Shown here: positions 27,032 to 36,686 of the stretch, one piece after another | Position numbering within the stretch: position 1 is the stretch's first letter | Layout: each line of letters begins with the position of its first letter | Origin: Planctomycetota bacterium | GTDB taxonomy: Bacteria > Planctomycetota > UBA1135 > UBA2386 | NCBI GenBank assembly: GCA_947501605.1 | Contig: CANMWZ010000005.1 | Coordinates: 64,001-128,000, forward strand | Direction: 5' to 3' | Length of the DNA stretch: 64,000 nucleotides | Program-made: the position numbers and the translations under genes | The notes under the pieces: model-generated | The model's database searches: none | Seen by the model: only the letters and a program-made list of their open reading frames with translations | Told to the model about the DNA's origin: nothing

Positions 27032-28003
27032 ATGAGCGTGTCCGACCAGAGCCCTGAATCGAGCCCCCGCCCCCTGCGCATCCGGCCGCTTGCCGAGCGC
27101 AAGAACCTCGTCGACAAGCGCGACTTCGCCAAGGTGCTGCCGCCGGCACCTGGGTTCTTGCAGTGGTTCGAGGCCCTTCCGGATATCTACGGCAGCAAGA
27201 ACCTGAAGAAGGTCGTCGACCGAATCGTCACCGCGCGCCAGCACGGCCGCGAGGTCGGCATGTCCCTCGGGGCCCACGTGCTCAAGGTCGGGCTTTCCCC
27301 GTTGCTGATCGACTTGATGCGCCGCGGCTTTGTGACCCATGTCGCGACCAACGGCGCCTCCGCGATCCACGACTGGGAGACGGCCTACCAGGGTGCCACC
27401 AGCGAGGACGTCGCCCAAAACCTGCCCGACGGCTCGTTCGGCTTTTGGCGTGAGACCTTCGCGGGCATCAACGGGGCGACCAAGCGGGCCCACCTGCGCA
27501 ACGAGGGCCTTGGCCTCGCGATCGGTCGCACGATCCTCGAGGGCGACTTGCCCTATCGGCACCTCTCGGTGTTCAGCGAAGCCGCGCGCCTTGGCATCCC
27601 GGCGACAGTTCATGTAGCCATCGGCTGCGACATCGTGCACATGGACCCGGAACTCGATGGCGCCGCACTGGGAGCCTCGACGCTGCAGGATTTCTGGATC
27701 CTCTGCGATTCCGTGGGCAAGCTCGACCAGGGCGTGTGGTTGAACATCGGCTCTGCCGTGATCATGCCCGAGGTCTTCCTCAAGGCCGTCTCGGCCGCTC
27801 GCAACCGAGGCCTCCTCGGCAACGACTTCACGACCTGCAACTTCGATATGTTGCAGCAGTACCGGGCGATGACCAATGTCGTGTCGCGGCCGCCCAAAGA
27901 GGGGCTCTCTGTGCTGGCCATGCATGAGATCGTGCTACCCCTTTTGCACCAAGCCATCCTGTGCACAGCCGAGAGCCGCGGGATGCCGATGGAGCTTCGC
28001 TGA
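27032..28003 (+). CDS. Deoxyhypusine-synthase-like fold protein of unknown function (GSU2086-like)
   Basis: GAHVLKVGL, HVATNGA..IHD.E, GSFG..ET, TVHVAIG.DI.H, N.GSAVIMPEVFLKA, HE..LPLL. Confidence 0.75.
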   Translation: MSVSDQSPESSPRPLRIRPLAERKNLVDKRDFAKVLPPAPGFLQWFEALPDIYGSKNLKKVVDRIVTARQHGREVGMSLGAHVLKVGLSPLLIDLMRRGFVTHVATNGASAIHDWETAYQGATSEDVAQNLPDGSFGFWRETFAGINGATKRAHLRNEGLGLAIGRTILEGDLPYRHLSVFSEAARLGIPATVHVAIGCDIVHMDPELDGAALGASTLQDFWILCDSVGKLDQGVWLNIGSAVIMPEVFLKAVSAARNRGLLGNDFTTCNFDMLQQYRAMTNVVSRPPKEGLSVLAMHEIVLPLLHQAILCTAESRGMPMELR

Positions 28004-29472
28004 TGGACGATTCTCGTCGCCTACGTCAACTCCTCCAGGGACTGCCCAACCCGAAGATCCTCGTGGTGGGTGACCTCATCCTCGATCGCTATGCCGACGG
28101 TCGCACCAGCCGCGTCTCTCCTGAGGCGCCTGTGCTGGTCTTCGAGTTCGACAGCGAACGCTACCTCCTGGGTGGTGCGTGCAACGTTGCTGCCAACCTA
28201 CGCAACCTTGGCGCTGTTACGTCGGTTCTCGGCGTGATCGGCGAAGACGAAGCGGGGCGGACACTGCGCACTCTCCTCGGCAACGACGGCATCGACACCG
28301 AAGTGCTCGTGGTCGATCCAAAGCGGCCAACGACGCGCAAGACCCGCTATGTGGCCAAGACGGCGCAAGTGCTGCGCGTCGACGAGGAGAGCCGGGCACC
28401 GATCAGCGGCTCAACTGAGGAAGGCCTGCTCGCCGTCCTCCAACGTCGTCCGTTCCCGTGGCAGAGCATTCTGCTGAGCGACTATGGCAAGGGCGTCCTG
28501 ACGCCGCGCGTGATCCGCGCTGCGGTCGATGCGGCCAAGACCGTGGGCGGGATCGTCATCGTCGATCCCAAGGGCAAGGACTACTCGATCTACCGCGGGG
28601 TCGATCTGTTGACGCCCAATCGCGAAGAGGCCGAGGCCGCAACGGCGATCTCGATCAAGGGCAAACCCGAACTGCACCAAGCAGCAAAGCGCTTGCGCGA
28701 AGTGACCGGGATCAAGACCGTCACGATCACGCTCGGCAAGGACGGCATCTTCTACGAGAACGAAGATGGCTCGCACCGCATCCTGCCGACCGAGGCTCGG
28801 CAAGTCTTCGATGTGACCGGCGCCGGCGACACCGTCGTCGCGGTTCTCACCTTCTGTCAGACCTGCGGCGTCTCGCTGCAGGACAGCCTCGCGTTGGCGA
28901 ACATCGCTGCCAGTATCACGGTCGGCAAGTTCGGCACTTGGGCGCCAAGTCGTCAAGAAGTGATGGCGCGTCTTGGTGAACACGGCGGCACCGGGCGCAA
29001 GATCCTGACCCGAGCCGAAGCCGCGGTGGTTGCGACCCGGCTCCGGACCGAGGGGCGCCGGCTGGTGTTCACCAACGGTTGCTTCGACATCCTTCACCCT
29101 GGCCACTGCGAGTACCTGCAGAAGGCTCGCACCTATGGGGATTCGCTCATGGTCGCGGTCAACAGCGACGACAGCGTGCGGCGGCAAGAGAAGGGACCGG
29201 GTCGCCCGATCAACCCGATCGACGACCGCATGGTGGTGCTCTCCGCGCTCGCCTGCGTCGACTACGTCGTGCCGTTTGACGAGGACACGCCAAAGGGCCT
29301 GATCGAGTTGATCACGCCGCAGGTGCTAGCCAAGGGCGAGGATTGGCGCGACAAGGGCGTCGTCGGCCGTGAGTGGGTGGAAACCCACGGCGGCCAGGTC
29401 GTCCTGGTGCCACTGCGGGCCGGCAACTCGACCACTTCGATCGTCGAGCGCATCCTGAAGACACCGAAGTGA
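28003..29472 (+). CDS. hldE: Bifunctional D-glycero-beta-D-manno-heptose-7-P kinase / heptose-1-P adenylyltransferase
   Basis: RVSPEAPV, LSDYGKG, DPKG, TPNREE, DVTGAGDT; FTNGCFDILHPGH, NSD.SVRR.KG..RP, STTSIV. Confidence 0.96.
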   Translation: MDDSRRLRQLLQGLPNPKILVVGDLILDRYADGRTSRVSPEAPVLVFEFDSERYLLGGACNVAANLRNLGAVTSVLGVIGEDEAGRTLRTLLGNDGIDTEVLVVDPKRPTTRKTRYVAKTAQVLRVDEESRAPISGSTEEGLLAVLQRRPFPWQSILLSDYGKGVLTPRVIRAAVDAAKTVGGIVIVDPKGKDYSIYRGVDLLTPNREEAEAATAISIKGKPELHQAAKRLREVTGIKTVTITLGKDGIFYENEDGSHRILPTEARQVFDVTGAGDTVVAVLTFCQTCGVSLQDSLALANIAASITVGKFGTWAPSRQEVMARLGEHGGTGRKILTRAEAAVVATRLRTEGRRLVFTNGCFDILHPGHCEYLQKARTYGDSLMVAVNSDDSVRRQEKGPGRPINPIDDRMVVLSALACVDYVVPFDEDTPKGLIELITPQVLAKGEDWRDKGVVGREWVETHGGQVVLVPLRAGNSTTSIVERILKTPK

Positions 29473-29576
29473 CTTCGGCGGAGCGGATCTAGTGTTTGCT
29501 CGGGTGGTGCGGGCGCGGCTATCCTGCGCAGATCCTCACGCCTTCACCTCCTCCTTCCCTCATTGGAGGCAAGCAC

Positions 29577-30089
29577 TTGGTCGTCGTTCCCCGCCGTCAG
29601 TTCATTCGCGACAAGATTCTCACCGACCGCAAGAGCTTGGCTCTGATCCTGAATGGCCTGCGCGCCCAGGGCAAGGTGGTTGTCCTGACGAACGGTGTCT
29701 ATGACTTGTTGCACGTGGGGCACGTGCGATGCCTCGAAGATGCTCGCTCTCGCGGCGACTTCCTCGTGGTCGCCGTCAACAGCGACGCCAGCACCGAGCG
29801 CGGCAAAGGCAAGGGCCATCCCGTTGTGCCCGCTGACGAGCGGATGGAAGTCGTTGCTGGCTTGGGCTTCGTCGACTACGTGACCACCTTCGACGAAGAC
29901 ACTGCCGACAAGTTGATCGAGCAGTTGAAGCCGTCGATCTACGCCAAGGGCACCGAGTACACGATCAAGACGCTGCCGGAGCGCGACACGCTGAAGAAGC
30001 TCGACATCAAGGCGATCTTCGTCGGGGACAAGAAGACGCACAGCTCGAGCAAGCTCGTGCAGAAGATCAAGAAGCGCAAGTTCGCCTGA
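29577..30089 (+). CDS. Stand-alone RfaE domain-II-like nucleotidyltransferase
   Basis: TTG start after a GGAGG RBS; TNGVYDLLHVGH, NSD.S, KG.EY, HSSS. Confidence 0.88.
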   Translation: MVVVPRRQFIRDKILTDRKSLALILNGLRAQGKVVVLTNGVYDLLHVGHVRCLEDARSRGDFLVVAVNSDASTERGKGKGHPVVPADERMEVVAGLGFVDYVTTFDEDTADKLIEQLKPSIYAKGTEYTIKTLPERDTLKKLDIKAIFVGDKKTHSSSKLVQKIKKRKFA

Positions 30090-30195
30090 TCGCGACCGCC
30101 GGCCGTGTTCTCGACCCGTAGTGGTGGGCTCCATACCACCGCGGTCTTCGCAGCTGCTCAAGCAGCATGCGAACGGGAGTCGAATGGCGTGAGCG

Positions 30196-31119
30196 ATGGC
30201 CGCCGGAATTGCCACGGAAACCAGACTCGGGCATCTGCCCGTGCCACTCTGCGGCCTCGCCGGTCGCGGCCCGTTGCAGTTCCCGCTGTACCTGCGGACC
30301 ACGGCGGAGACCTTGGTGCTCTATCGCGACACCAACGCGCAAATCGCCGAGGATCAGCTCGAGCGGCTGTTTCAGGAAGGCGTCCGCGAACTGTACATCC
30401 GGCCGACTGATCGAGGCGTCTACCTACACCGCGTCGAGGTCGGGCTCGCCGAGATCCTCAACGACAAGCGGGCGTCCGTTGAGCGTCGCGCGGACGTGTT
30501 GCACGGCGTCGCTGCGATGGTCGCTGACGAGGTGCTGTCGCAGCGGCTCGACCGGGACGGCCTGCAGCGAGTGCAGCGCATGCTGGTCGGCGCCAGCTCG
30601 CTGGTGTTGCGAGAGAAGGGCGCCTTCGGTGCGCTGCGCGGCATGCTCGGTGCGAGTCAGTCGCTGTCGCAACACAGTGTCAGCGTGTCGTTCTTGACGA
30701 TGGGGCTCGCGCGTCAGGTCATGGGCGCCGATCCGACGACGATGGTGCACGCTGGGCTTGGCGGCATGTTTCATGACATCGGTCGCGTCGGCAACGAAGA
30801 CCTCGACCACGACCCCGACCACACCGAGCGCGGCTACCAAACTCTGCGGCAGCTCGGGTTGCCCGTCGAGGTCGCGCAGGTGGCGTTGTCCCACCACGAG
30901 CGGTGGGATGGCACCGGTTTTCCACAGATGCTCCGCGGGCAGGCGATTCCAGCGATGGCGCGTCTGGTTGGCCTCGTCGACGTCTTCGACGAGGTCTACA
31001 GCACGCAAAAGACACCCGTCGGGGTGTTTGATGCGCTGCGCATCCTCGCCGAGGCCTACCGCGGCTGTTTCGAGGATGGCATCGCGATCCAGTTCGTCAA
31101 GCTGTTCCGCCAGGGCTGA
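30196..31119 (+). CDS. HD-GYP domain phosphodiesterase
   Basis: HS..V, FHDIG, H..RG, HHERWDGTGFP, IP..AR...VDVFD. Confidence 0.88.
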   Translation: MAAGIATETRLGHLPVPLCGLAGRGPLQFPLYLRTTAETLVLYRDTNAQIAEDQLERLFQEGVRELYIRPTDRGVYLHRVEVGLAEILNDKRASVERRADVLHGVAAMVADEVLSQRLDRDGLQRVQRMLVGASSLVLREKGAFGALRGMLGASQSLSQHSVSVSFLTMGLARQVMGADPTTMVHAGLGGMFHDIGRVGNEDLDHDPDHTERGYQTLRQLGLPVEVAQVALSHHERWDGTGFPQMLRGQAIPAMARLVGLVDVFDEVYSTQKTPVGVFDALRILAEAYRGCFEDGIAIQFVKLFRQG

Positions 31120-31237
31120 GCGGCGCCAGCAGAGGGTTGGCTCGCGCGCGAGCGGTGGTCATACTGGGCGCGAGCGGAAGGTGTTGCGCCGGGCTGTGGG
31201 ATCTCCCCTCTAGCCAGGGCTTCCACGCGAGGTGCCC

Positions 31238-33028
31238 ATGACTCTGCCCCGATTGCCTGCTCGCTTCGAACAGGTCGAAGAACTGTCGTCGACGCCACTC
31301 GAGCGCACGTTCCGCGCCGTCGACACGCTGCTGCAACGCGAAGTCCTGCTGCGGCTGCCGCCCGTCGAGGTGTGGAGCGGCTGGTCCGCCGATGTCCGCT
31401 TGCGGCTCCTGCGCGAGGCTCAGGCGCTCGCCAAGATCCAGCACGAAGGTGTCGCGTCCGTGCTGTGGGTCGAGGAGATCGAAGACGGGCTCCTCGTGGT
31501 GCAGAACCCGCCGGTTGGCGAACGGCTCGGCGACGCGCTGCAGCACGGGGCCATGACGGTCGACGCCGTGGTAGTCCTCGGCATCGAACTCGGGGAAGCC
31601 CTGGCCGCCGTGCACATGGCCAACGTGGTCCATCGCGGAGTTGGAGCGGATGCGGTGTGGATCCAGCCGAACGGCCGCGCGCGGCTCGGGGCCTTCCACT
31701 TCGCCAAGGCTCTCGACGCGCGCCTCGGCGGCTCGTCGCTGAATCACGGCTTGCGCAAGAAGCCGGGTGCCGTCGAGGAGGCCATGTGGCTGCCGCCCTA
31801 CTCGGCGCCGGAACAACTCGCGGGCAAGAGTGCCGATGCACGCGCTGACGTGTTCGCGCTCGGGTGCCTGATGTTCCGTTGCCTCACGGGCCACGATCCT
31901 CTGCTCGCGGTCGAAGGCGGCCAGATGCCCGATGTGCGGTCGGCGCGCAAGGACGTGCCGAAGGCGGTCGCGGACGTGGTCCGTCGTTGCATGTTGGTGG
32001 AGAAGACCGCGAGGTTCCCCACGGCCCAGGCGGTGGCCGAGGCGTTGGAAGCGGTGAAGGCGCCGGCGGGCGGGGGGGGCTCGGGTTCGCGTCGCGGTGT
32101 GCTGTCGGCGGTAGCCGCAGTGGTCCTGGTAGGGGCCGCGGCGCTGTGGTTCCAGGGCGGGGGCGGGGGCGGTCCCACACGCACCCCCCCTTCCTCAGAG
32201 CCAGGGGGCGAACCCGACACGTCCAAGGTGGTGTACTCGCGTAGCTATGCCAAGGGGCACGCGCTGCTGATCGGCATCGGGAAGGCATACGGCGGCTCGC
32301 ACTACCAGAAGCTGTCGACTCCGGTTGCCGAAGTGACAGCGGTGAAGCAGGCCCTGATTGCCGCAGACCCACGCCTGTGGACCGAGAGCAGTATCGAGAT
32401 CCTTCCCGAGGATCAGGCGACCCATCAAGTCATCACTTCGAAACTCGACCAGCTCAGGGCGAAGGCCGCCCCTGACGACTGCGTGTTTGTCTACTTCGCC
32501 GGCCACGGGGCGCGCCTGAGCGGGGACGCAGGTCTCGACGGCTTCTGGCTCGTGGCGAAGGACGTCGAATCTCCGATGCCCGAATCTGGTGGTTCGAAGG
32601 GCTACGTCGACGAGAAGGCGTTGACCAATCTCCGGGCGACCAAGGCCAAGCACGTCCTCGTCGTGCTCGATTGCTGCTATGCCGGCAAGGTGGGCGGGCT
32701 GTTCGTCGGTAAGCGCGCTGGAGGAAGGCCGTTGGCCGAGAGTCGGACGGATGCCGCGTCCACCGAGGTCGACTACTGCACGAAGCTGACTCGCCAGTTC
32801 TTGATGTCGACCGCGGAGGACAAGACCGCTTCGGACGGGATCGATGGCATGACGCCGTTCTGCCGCGCGCTGCTGGAACAACTCCGGCCCGGACGCGACC
32901 CGTACATCACCGCAACGGAGCTGCAGGTCCGCATCGCCAAGATGGTGGGCGAACGTCAGCGCCCCCTGCTCAAGAGCTTCGGCGGCAAGGAGGACGGCGA
33001 GTTCGTGTTCTTCCTGCCCGGGAAGTGA
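31238..33028 (+). CDS. Ser/Thr pseudokinase - TM helix - caspase-like (peptidase C14) fusion protein
   Basis: Kinase fold (REAQALAKIQH, YSAPEQ, ADVFALG, RFPTA) with degenerate catalytic motifs; TM VLSAVAAVVLVGAAALWF; C14 motifs ALLIGI, VYFAGHG, LDCCYAG. Confidence 0.9.
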   Translation: MTLPRLPARFEQVEELSSTPLERTFRAVDTLLQREVLLRLPPVEVWSGWSADVRLRLLREAQALAKIQHEGVASVLWVEEIEDGLLVVQNPPVGERLGDALQHGAMTVDAVVVLGIELGEALAAVHMANVVHRGVGADAVWIQPNGRARLGAFHFAKALDARLGGSSLNHGLRKKPGAVEEAMWLPPYSAPEQLAGKSADARADVFALGCLMFRCLTGHDPLLAVEGGQMPDVRSARKDVPKAVADVVRRCMLVEKTARFPTAQAVAEALEAVKAPAGGGGSGSRRGVLSAVAAVVLVGAAALWFQGGGGGGPTRTPPSSEPGGEPDTSKVVYSRSYAKGHALLIGIGKAYGGSHYQKLSTPVAEVTAVKQALIAADPRLWTESSIEILPEDQATHQVITSKLDQLRAKAAPDDCVFVYFAGHGARLSGDAGLDGFWLVAKDVESPMPESGGSKGYVDEKALTNLRATKAKHVLVVLDCCYAGKVGGLFVGKRAGGRPLAESRTDAASTEVDYCTKLTRQFLMSTAEDKTASDGIDGMTPFCRALLEQLRPGRDPYITATELQVRIAKMVGERQRPLLKSFGGKEDGEFVFFLPGK

Positions 33029-33132
33029 ATCTCTCGAAAGCGACCTGCGGTCGCGCCCCTCCTTCCCCTTCTCCTCGCGTGGGTCGCAAGACCGAGGGGA
33101 ATCAACGAGAGATCAGGATGGATGACAGGGGC

Positions 33133-33170
33133 GCGACGGCCGGTGTGGGAACGCCGGCCGTCGCATTTTT
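33133..33170 (+). terminator. Intrinsic terminator between the convergent pseudokinase-caspase gene and gdhA
   Basis: 13-bp stem GCGACGGCCGGTG / CGCCGGCCGTCGC, 6-nt loop, followed by ATTTTT. Confidence 0.8.
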
Positions 33171-33226
33171 ACTCGCATCGAGCGCGAACGGCGGCCAAGG
33201 AGACTTGCCACCGTTCGTCTTGTTGC

Positions 33227-34492
33227 TCAGCCGTAGATGCCGCGCATGCGCGTGACCGTCGCGACCCGGTCGATGCCGAGCATGTAGGCGGCGATGCGGT
33301 TGCTGACCGAGAAGCGCCGCGCCATGTCGACGACGGCGTTGAAGGACTCGCACATGATGTGCTCCATGCGGTCCTCGACTTCCTTCTGGGTCCAGAAGAA
33401 GGCCATGCGGTTCTGCACCCATTCGAAGTACGAGACCGTCACGCCGCCTGCATTGGCGAGGATGTCGGGTACTACGAAGATGCCCTTCTGATCGAGTATT
33501 TTGTCAGCACCCGCGGTGCAGGGGCCGTTGGCGCCTTCGGCGATGATCCGCGCCTTGATGTTCTGCGCGTTGCGCGAGGTGATCACGTTCTCGGTCGCGG
33601 CCGGCACCAGGATGTCCACTGGCAGCTCGAGCAGCTGGGCGTTGGTGATCGTCTCGCCGCAGTCGAGGCCTTCGAGGCGCTTGGTCTTGGCAAGGTGCGC
33701 GCTGATCGTCGCGAGATCGAGGCCCTTCTGGTTGTAGATGCCGCCAGCGATATCGCTGATCGCCACGATCTTCACGCCGATGCTGGCGAGTTGCAGGGCA
33801 GAGATCAGGCCGACGTTGCCTGAGCCCTGGACTGCGGCCGTGCAGTGCTCGGCCTTCATGGCGAGGTGCTTGAGCGCCTCGCGGACGCAAATCATCACGC
33901 CGCGGCCGGTCGCTTCGATTCTGCCGAGCGAGCCACCAAGGCTGATGGGCTTGCCGGTGACCACCGAGGGCAAGAACTTGCCCTGGTGCACCGAGTAGGT
34001 ATCCATGAACCACGCCATGATCTGGCCGTCGGTCCCCATGTCGGGAGCGGGGATGTCCCGATCGGGCCCGACGATGTCCATGATGCGGGCGACATAGCGG
34101 CGAGTGATCTTCTCGAGCTCACCCTTCGTCAGCTTCTGCGGATCGCAGATGATGCCGCCCTTGCCGCCGCCGAACGGCACGTTGACCACGGCACACTTCC
34201 ACGTCATCCACGCGGCCAGCGCTCGCACCTCGTCGATCTCGACGTTGGGGGCGTAGCGGATGCCACCTTTGGCCGGCCCGCGGGCGAGGCTGTGCTGCAC
34301 CCGGTAGCCGGTGAAGACCTGGATCGAGCCGTCGTCCATCACTACGGGGATGGCGACCGTGATCTCGCGATCCGGCGTGCGCAGGATCTGATAGAGGCCG
34401 GGTTCGAGGCCGAGCTTGCCGGCAGCCAGGTCGAACCGGGCGTGCATGGCTTCGAACGGATTCTCTTCGGCGGAGGCTTTGGTGTGGTTCAT
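33227..34492 (-). CDS. gdhA: Glu/Leu/Phe/Val dehydrogenase (glutamate dehydrogenase)
   Basis: [53 protein letters not shown]. Confidence 0.96.
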   Translation of the reverse strand: MNHTKASAEENPFEAMHARFDLAAGKLGLEPGLYQILRTPDREITVAIPVVMDDGSIQVFTGYRVQHSLARGPAKGGIRYAPNVEIDEVRALAAWMTWKCAVVNVPFGGGKGGIICDPQKLTKGELEKITRRYVARIMDIVGPDRDIPAPDMGTDGQIMAWFMDTYSVHQGKFLPSVVTGKPISLGGSLGRIEATGRGVMICVREALKHLAMKAEHCTAAVQGSGNVGLISALQLASIGVKIVAISDIAGGIYNQKGLDLATISAHLAKTKRLEGLDCGETITNAQLLELPVDILVPAATENVITSRNAQNIKARIIAEGANGPCTAGADKILDQKGIFVVPDILANAGGVTVSYFEWVQNRMAFFWTQKEVEDRMEHIMCESFNAVVDMARRFSVSNRIAAYMLGIDRVATVTRMRGIYG

Positions 34493-34554
34493 GCCGCGCG
34501 GGCGAGCAAAGGCTCTTGCGCCGCGAAAGTGAGCCGGGAAACCTATCCAACTCC

Positions 34555-35298
34555 ATGCAGGCCAGCAACAAGAGCGCGGCCGCGGCAGGCCTCACGCAAG
34601 CACGCGAGGAGTTCGCGCGCCTTGCCAACGCGGTGCTCGATGGCGCGATCGGCCGCACGGTCCGCTGTACGCCGAGACGGCGCACGGTGCTGCTGACGGT
34701 GGCCGGGCGCGTCTGCTTTGCCAAGGTGCGAGATGGGTATGGGCGCGCGGCAAAGGCCGAATGGCAGTGGCTGCACGATCTTCCGAAAGTTGGGATCGCT
34801 GTGCCGGAACCGCTCGCGTTGCTGCAGCGCGGCCGCCGCAGCGTGCTCGTCACTGGCGCCGCAGCGGGTCGGCCACTCGATGCAGCTTTCGCAGAGGCCA
34901 TAGCTCGCGGCGAGGACGCCGCGGTCGCGGATTTTGTCTGCGGGCCCGTGGCGCGAGCGGTGGCGGCGCTCCATGGCTCCGGGTTGGTCTATCGCGACCT
35001 GTACTGGAACCATGTGTTTGCCGACGGCTTGGCGCCCGGTTCGGGCCTCGTGTTCCTTGATGTCGAGCGCGTCTTCCGACCATGGTGGCGTCTTCAGCGC
35101 TGGCAGGTGAAGGACTTGGCGGGGCTGGCATCGTCGTTCCCGGGCCGCGTGCCGCTGCGGGTAGCAACGCGGTTTCTGCGCGTCTACCTGGGTTCGGCTG
35201 GCAGCGGCCCAAGGGGGCGCGCGCGCCGTCGGCGCTGGCTTCGGCTCGTGCACGCGAAGTCGGTGCGGATCCGGGCTCACGTTCCCAAGTACGGCTGA
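34555..35298 (+). CDS. Lipopolysaccharide kinase (WaaP/Kdo/InaA family)
   Basis: FAK, A..EW..L, GI.VPEP, LH..G..YRDLY..H, FLDVER, KDLA.L. Confidence 0.8.
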   Translation: MQASNKSAAAAGLTQAREEFARLANAVLDGAIGRTVRCTPRRRTVLLTVAGRVCFAKVRDGYGRAAKAEWQWLHDLPKVGIAVPEPLALLQRGRRSVLVTGAAAGRPLDAAFAEAIARGEDAAVADFVCGPVARAVAALHGSGLVYRDLYWNHVFADGLAPGSGLVFLDVERVFRPWWRLQRWQVKDLAGLASSFPGRVPLRVATRFLRVYLGSAGSGPRGRARRRRWLRLVHAKSVRIRAHVPKYG

Positions 35299-35339
35299 CC
35301 GCGGTGCGCACCCAAAGGCGCACACCGCGGTTGAGAAGT

Positions 35340-35703
35340 GCCTGGTCCCCGTAAGCCGGGTTCTGCTGTCTGCCCGAAGGCAGCGGCGACCATTTCTCTA
35401 GGAGCGTCCTCGCGGACGCCCGCCAACGACCTACCCGAGGATCTCGGCGCGGGCAGCGCGATCCTCCTATTCGGTCTTCCTCCAGGTGGGGTTTGCCGTG
35501 CCGGCTCGCTCCTGCGAACCGCGGTGAGCTCTTACCTCGCCGTTTCACCCTTGCCGTCGCTGTCGCCAGCCGTCCGGCGGTCTATTCTCTGTGGCACTTT
35601 CCCTGTCCTTGCGGACGGTGGGCGTTACCCACCACCTTGCCCTTGGGAGCCCGGACTTTCCTCCCGCAGCGCGAAGCTGCCGGCGGTCGCCCGGGGACCA
35701 GGC
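35340..35703 (-). ncRNA. rnpB: RNase P RNA (type A)
   Basis: Minus strand carries GAGGAAAGUCCGGGC, GAAAGUGCCACAGA, GGCAAACCCCAC and CAGAACCCGGCUUAC; the terminal P1 helix GCCUGGUCCCC / GGGGACCAGGC closes the molecule. Confidence 0.97.
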
Positions 35704-35709
35704 CGACGG

Positions 35710-35718
35710 ATGGTAGCA
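35710..35718 (-). promoter_or_regulatory. Extended -10 promoter of rnpB (TGcTACCAT)
   Basis: TACCAT lies 6 nt upstream of the predicted P1 5' end and is preceded by TG. Confidence 0.65.
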
Positions 35719-35882
35719 CCACGGGGTCCAACAGGAAGGCGCGAGGAAAATTCTCCCGAAGCCACGATCGGTTGAACCAGCCCTTGTGCGCAGAGCGTAG
35801 GGTTGGCTAGCGTCTGCGGCCCCGTAGCCTCGTTCGTCTGTCCCGTTCGACACCCTTGTCCCGCATCTTCGGAGGCGCCCCC

Positions 35883-36212
35883 GTGCCTGCCGTTCCTTGC
35901 ATCAGTTTGTTTCTGCTCTGTGCCGTACTCCCCGGCCAGGCCGAACCCCTCGCTTCGCAAAAGCTGACCCCCGTTGCCGCCGAAGCCTCGGCGTCGAGTG
36001 GGGCGTTTGCACCCGAAGTCATCCCGTCGTTGCCACTGCGATTTGACCCGGTCGTCGATCGTGAGCCGCGGCCAGCACCCGTTGCCCCGCCGGGGGATCG
36101 TTTCAGCGTGCCAGAGGCAGGCGTTCTGCTCTTGGTTGGGACGAGCCTTGTCTGGCTAGGTTTTGCCCGACGCCGGCCGAGCAGTGCTCCACCGCGCCGC
36201 GTCATTCGCTGA
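35883..36212 (+). CDS. Small PEP-CTERM-type sorting-signal protein
   Basis: Signal peptide-like N-terminus, Pro-rich middle, C-terminal VPEAGVLLLVGTSLVWLGFARRR. Start at 35856 or 35883. Confidence 0.7.
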   Translation: MPAVPCISLFLLCAVLPGQAEPLASQKLTPVAAEASASSGAFAPEVIPSLPLRFDPVVDREPRPAPVAPPGDRFSVPEAGVLLLVGTSLVWLGFARRRPSSAPPRRVIR

Positions 36213-36224
36213 CGAACGAGCGCT

Positions 36225-36686
36225 TCATTCGTCGCCGCGCGCGGGCCGTGGTGGAGTTCGCAGCTGCGCGCGATAGCGCTCCAGGATCACCAAGGCCGCG
36301 ATGCTGTCGGCAAAGTCCTTGCGTCGCGCCGCCTTCATTCCGAGTTCCTTGAGCCGCTCGTGCGCTTCGTCGGTCGAGTGGCTCTCGTCGATCGTCGCGA
36401 CCGGTATCGGTGCTACCGCGGCCTCGAGGCGGGCACGGAACTGCTGGGTTCGCGTCGCGCGCTGGCCCGCGCTGCCGTCGTGCAGCAGCGGCATGCCGAG
36501 GACTACGACCTGCGTGTCGCGTTCTCGGACCAGTTCGGCGATGGCGGCCGCGAGTGCGTCGGGTTCGCTTTCGTCGATTCGCGGAAGGGGCACACAGATG
36601 CTGCCGGTCCAGTCCGTCGCGGCCAATCCCGTGCGGCGTTCGCCATAGTCAACGGCGAGAAACCGCTTCTTGGCAGCGTCGCTCAC
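36225..36686 (-). CDS. ruvX: Pre-16S rRNA nuclease / Holliday junction resolvase-like YqgF
   Basis: LAVDYGERRTGLA, VVLGMPL, DES.ST, D..AA..IL. Confidence 0.93.
   Translation of the reverse strand: MSDAAKKRFLAVDYGERRTGLAATDWTGSICVPLPRIDESEPDALAAAIAELVRERDTQVVVLGMPLLHDGSAGQRATRTQQFRARLEAAVAPIPVATIDESHSTDEAHERLKELGMKAARRKDFADSIAALVILERYRAQLRTPPRPARGDE

Noticed and set aside
30890..30925. HD-GYP 'GFP' variant as a degenerate enzyme
   Set aside because: Tyr->Phe is conservative and the HD and HHE metal ligands are intact; not enough evidence to call it inactive.
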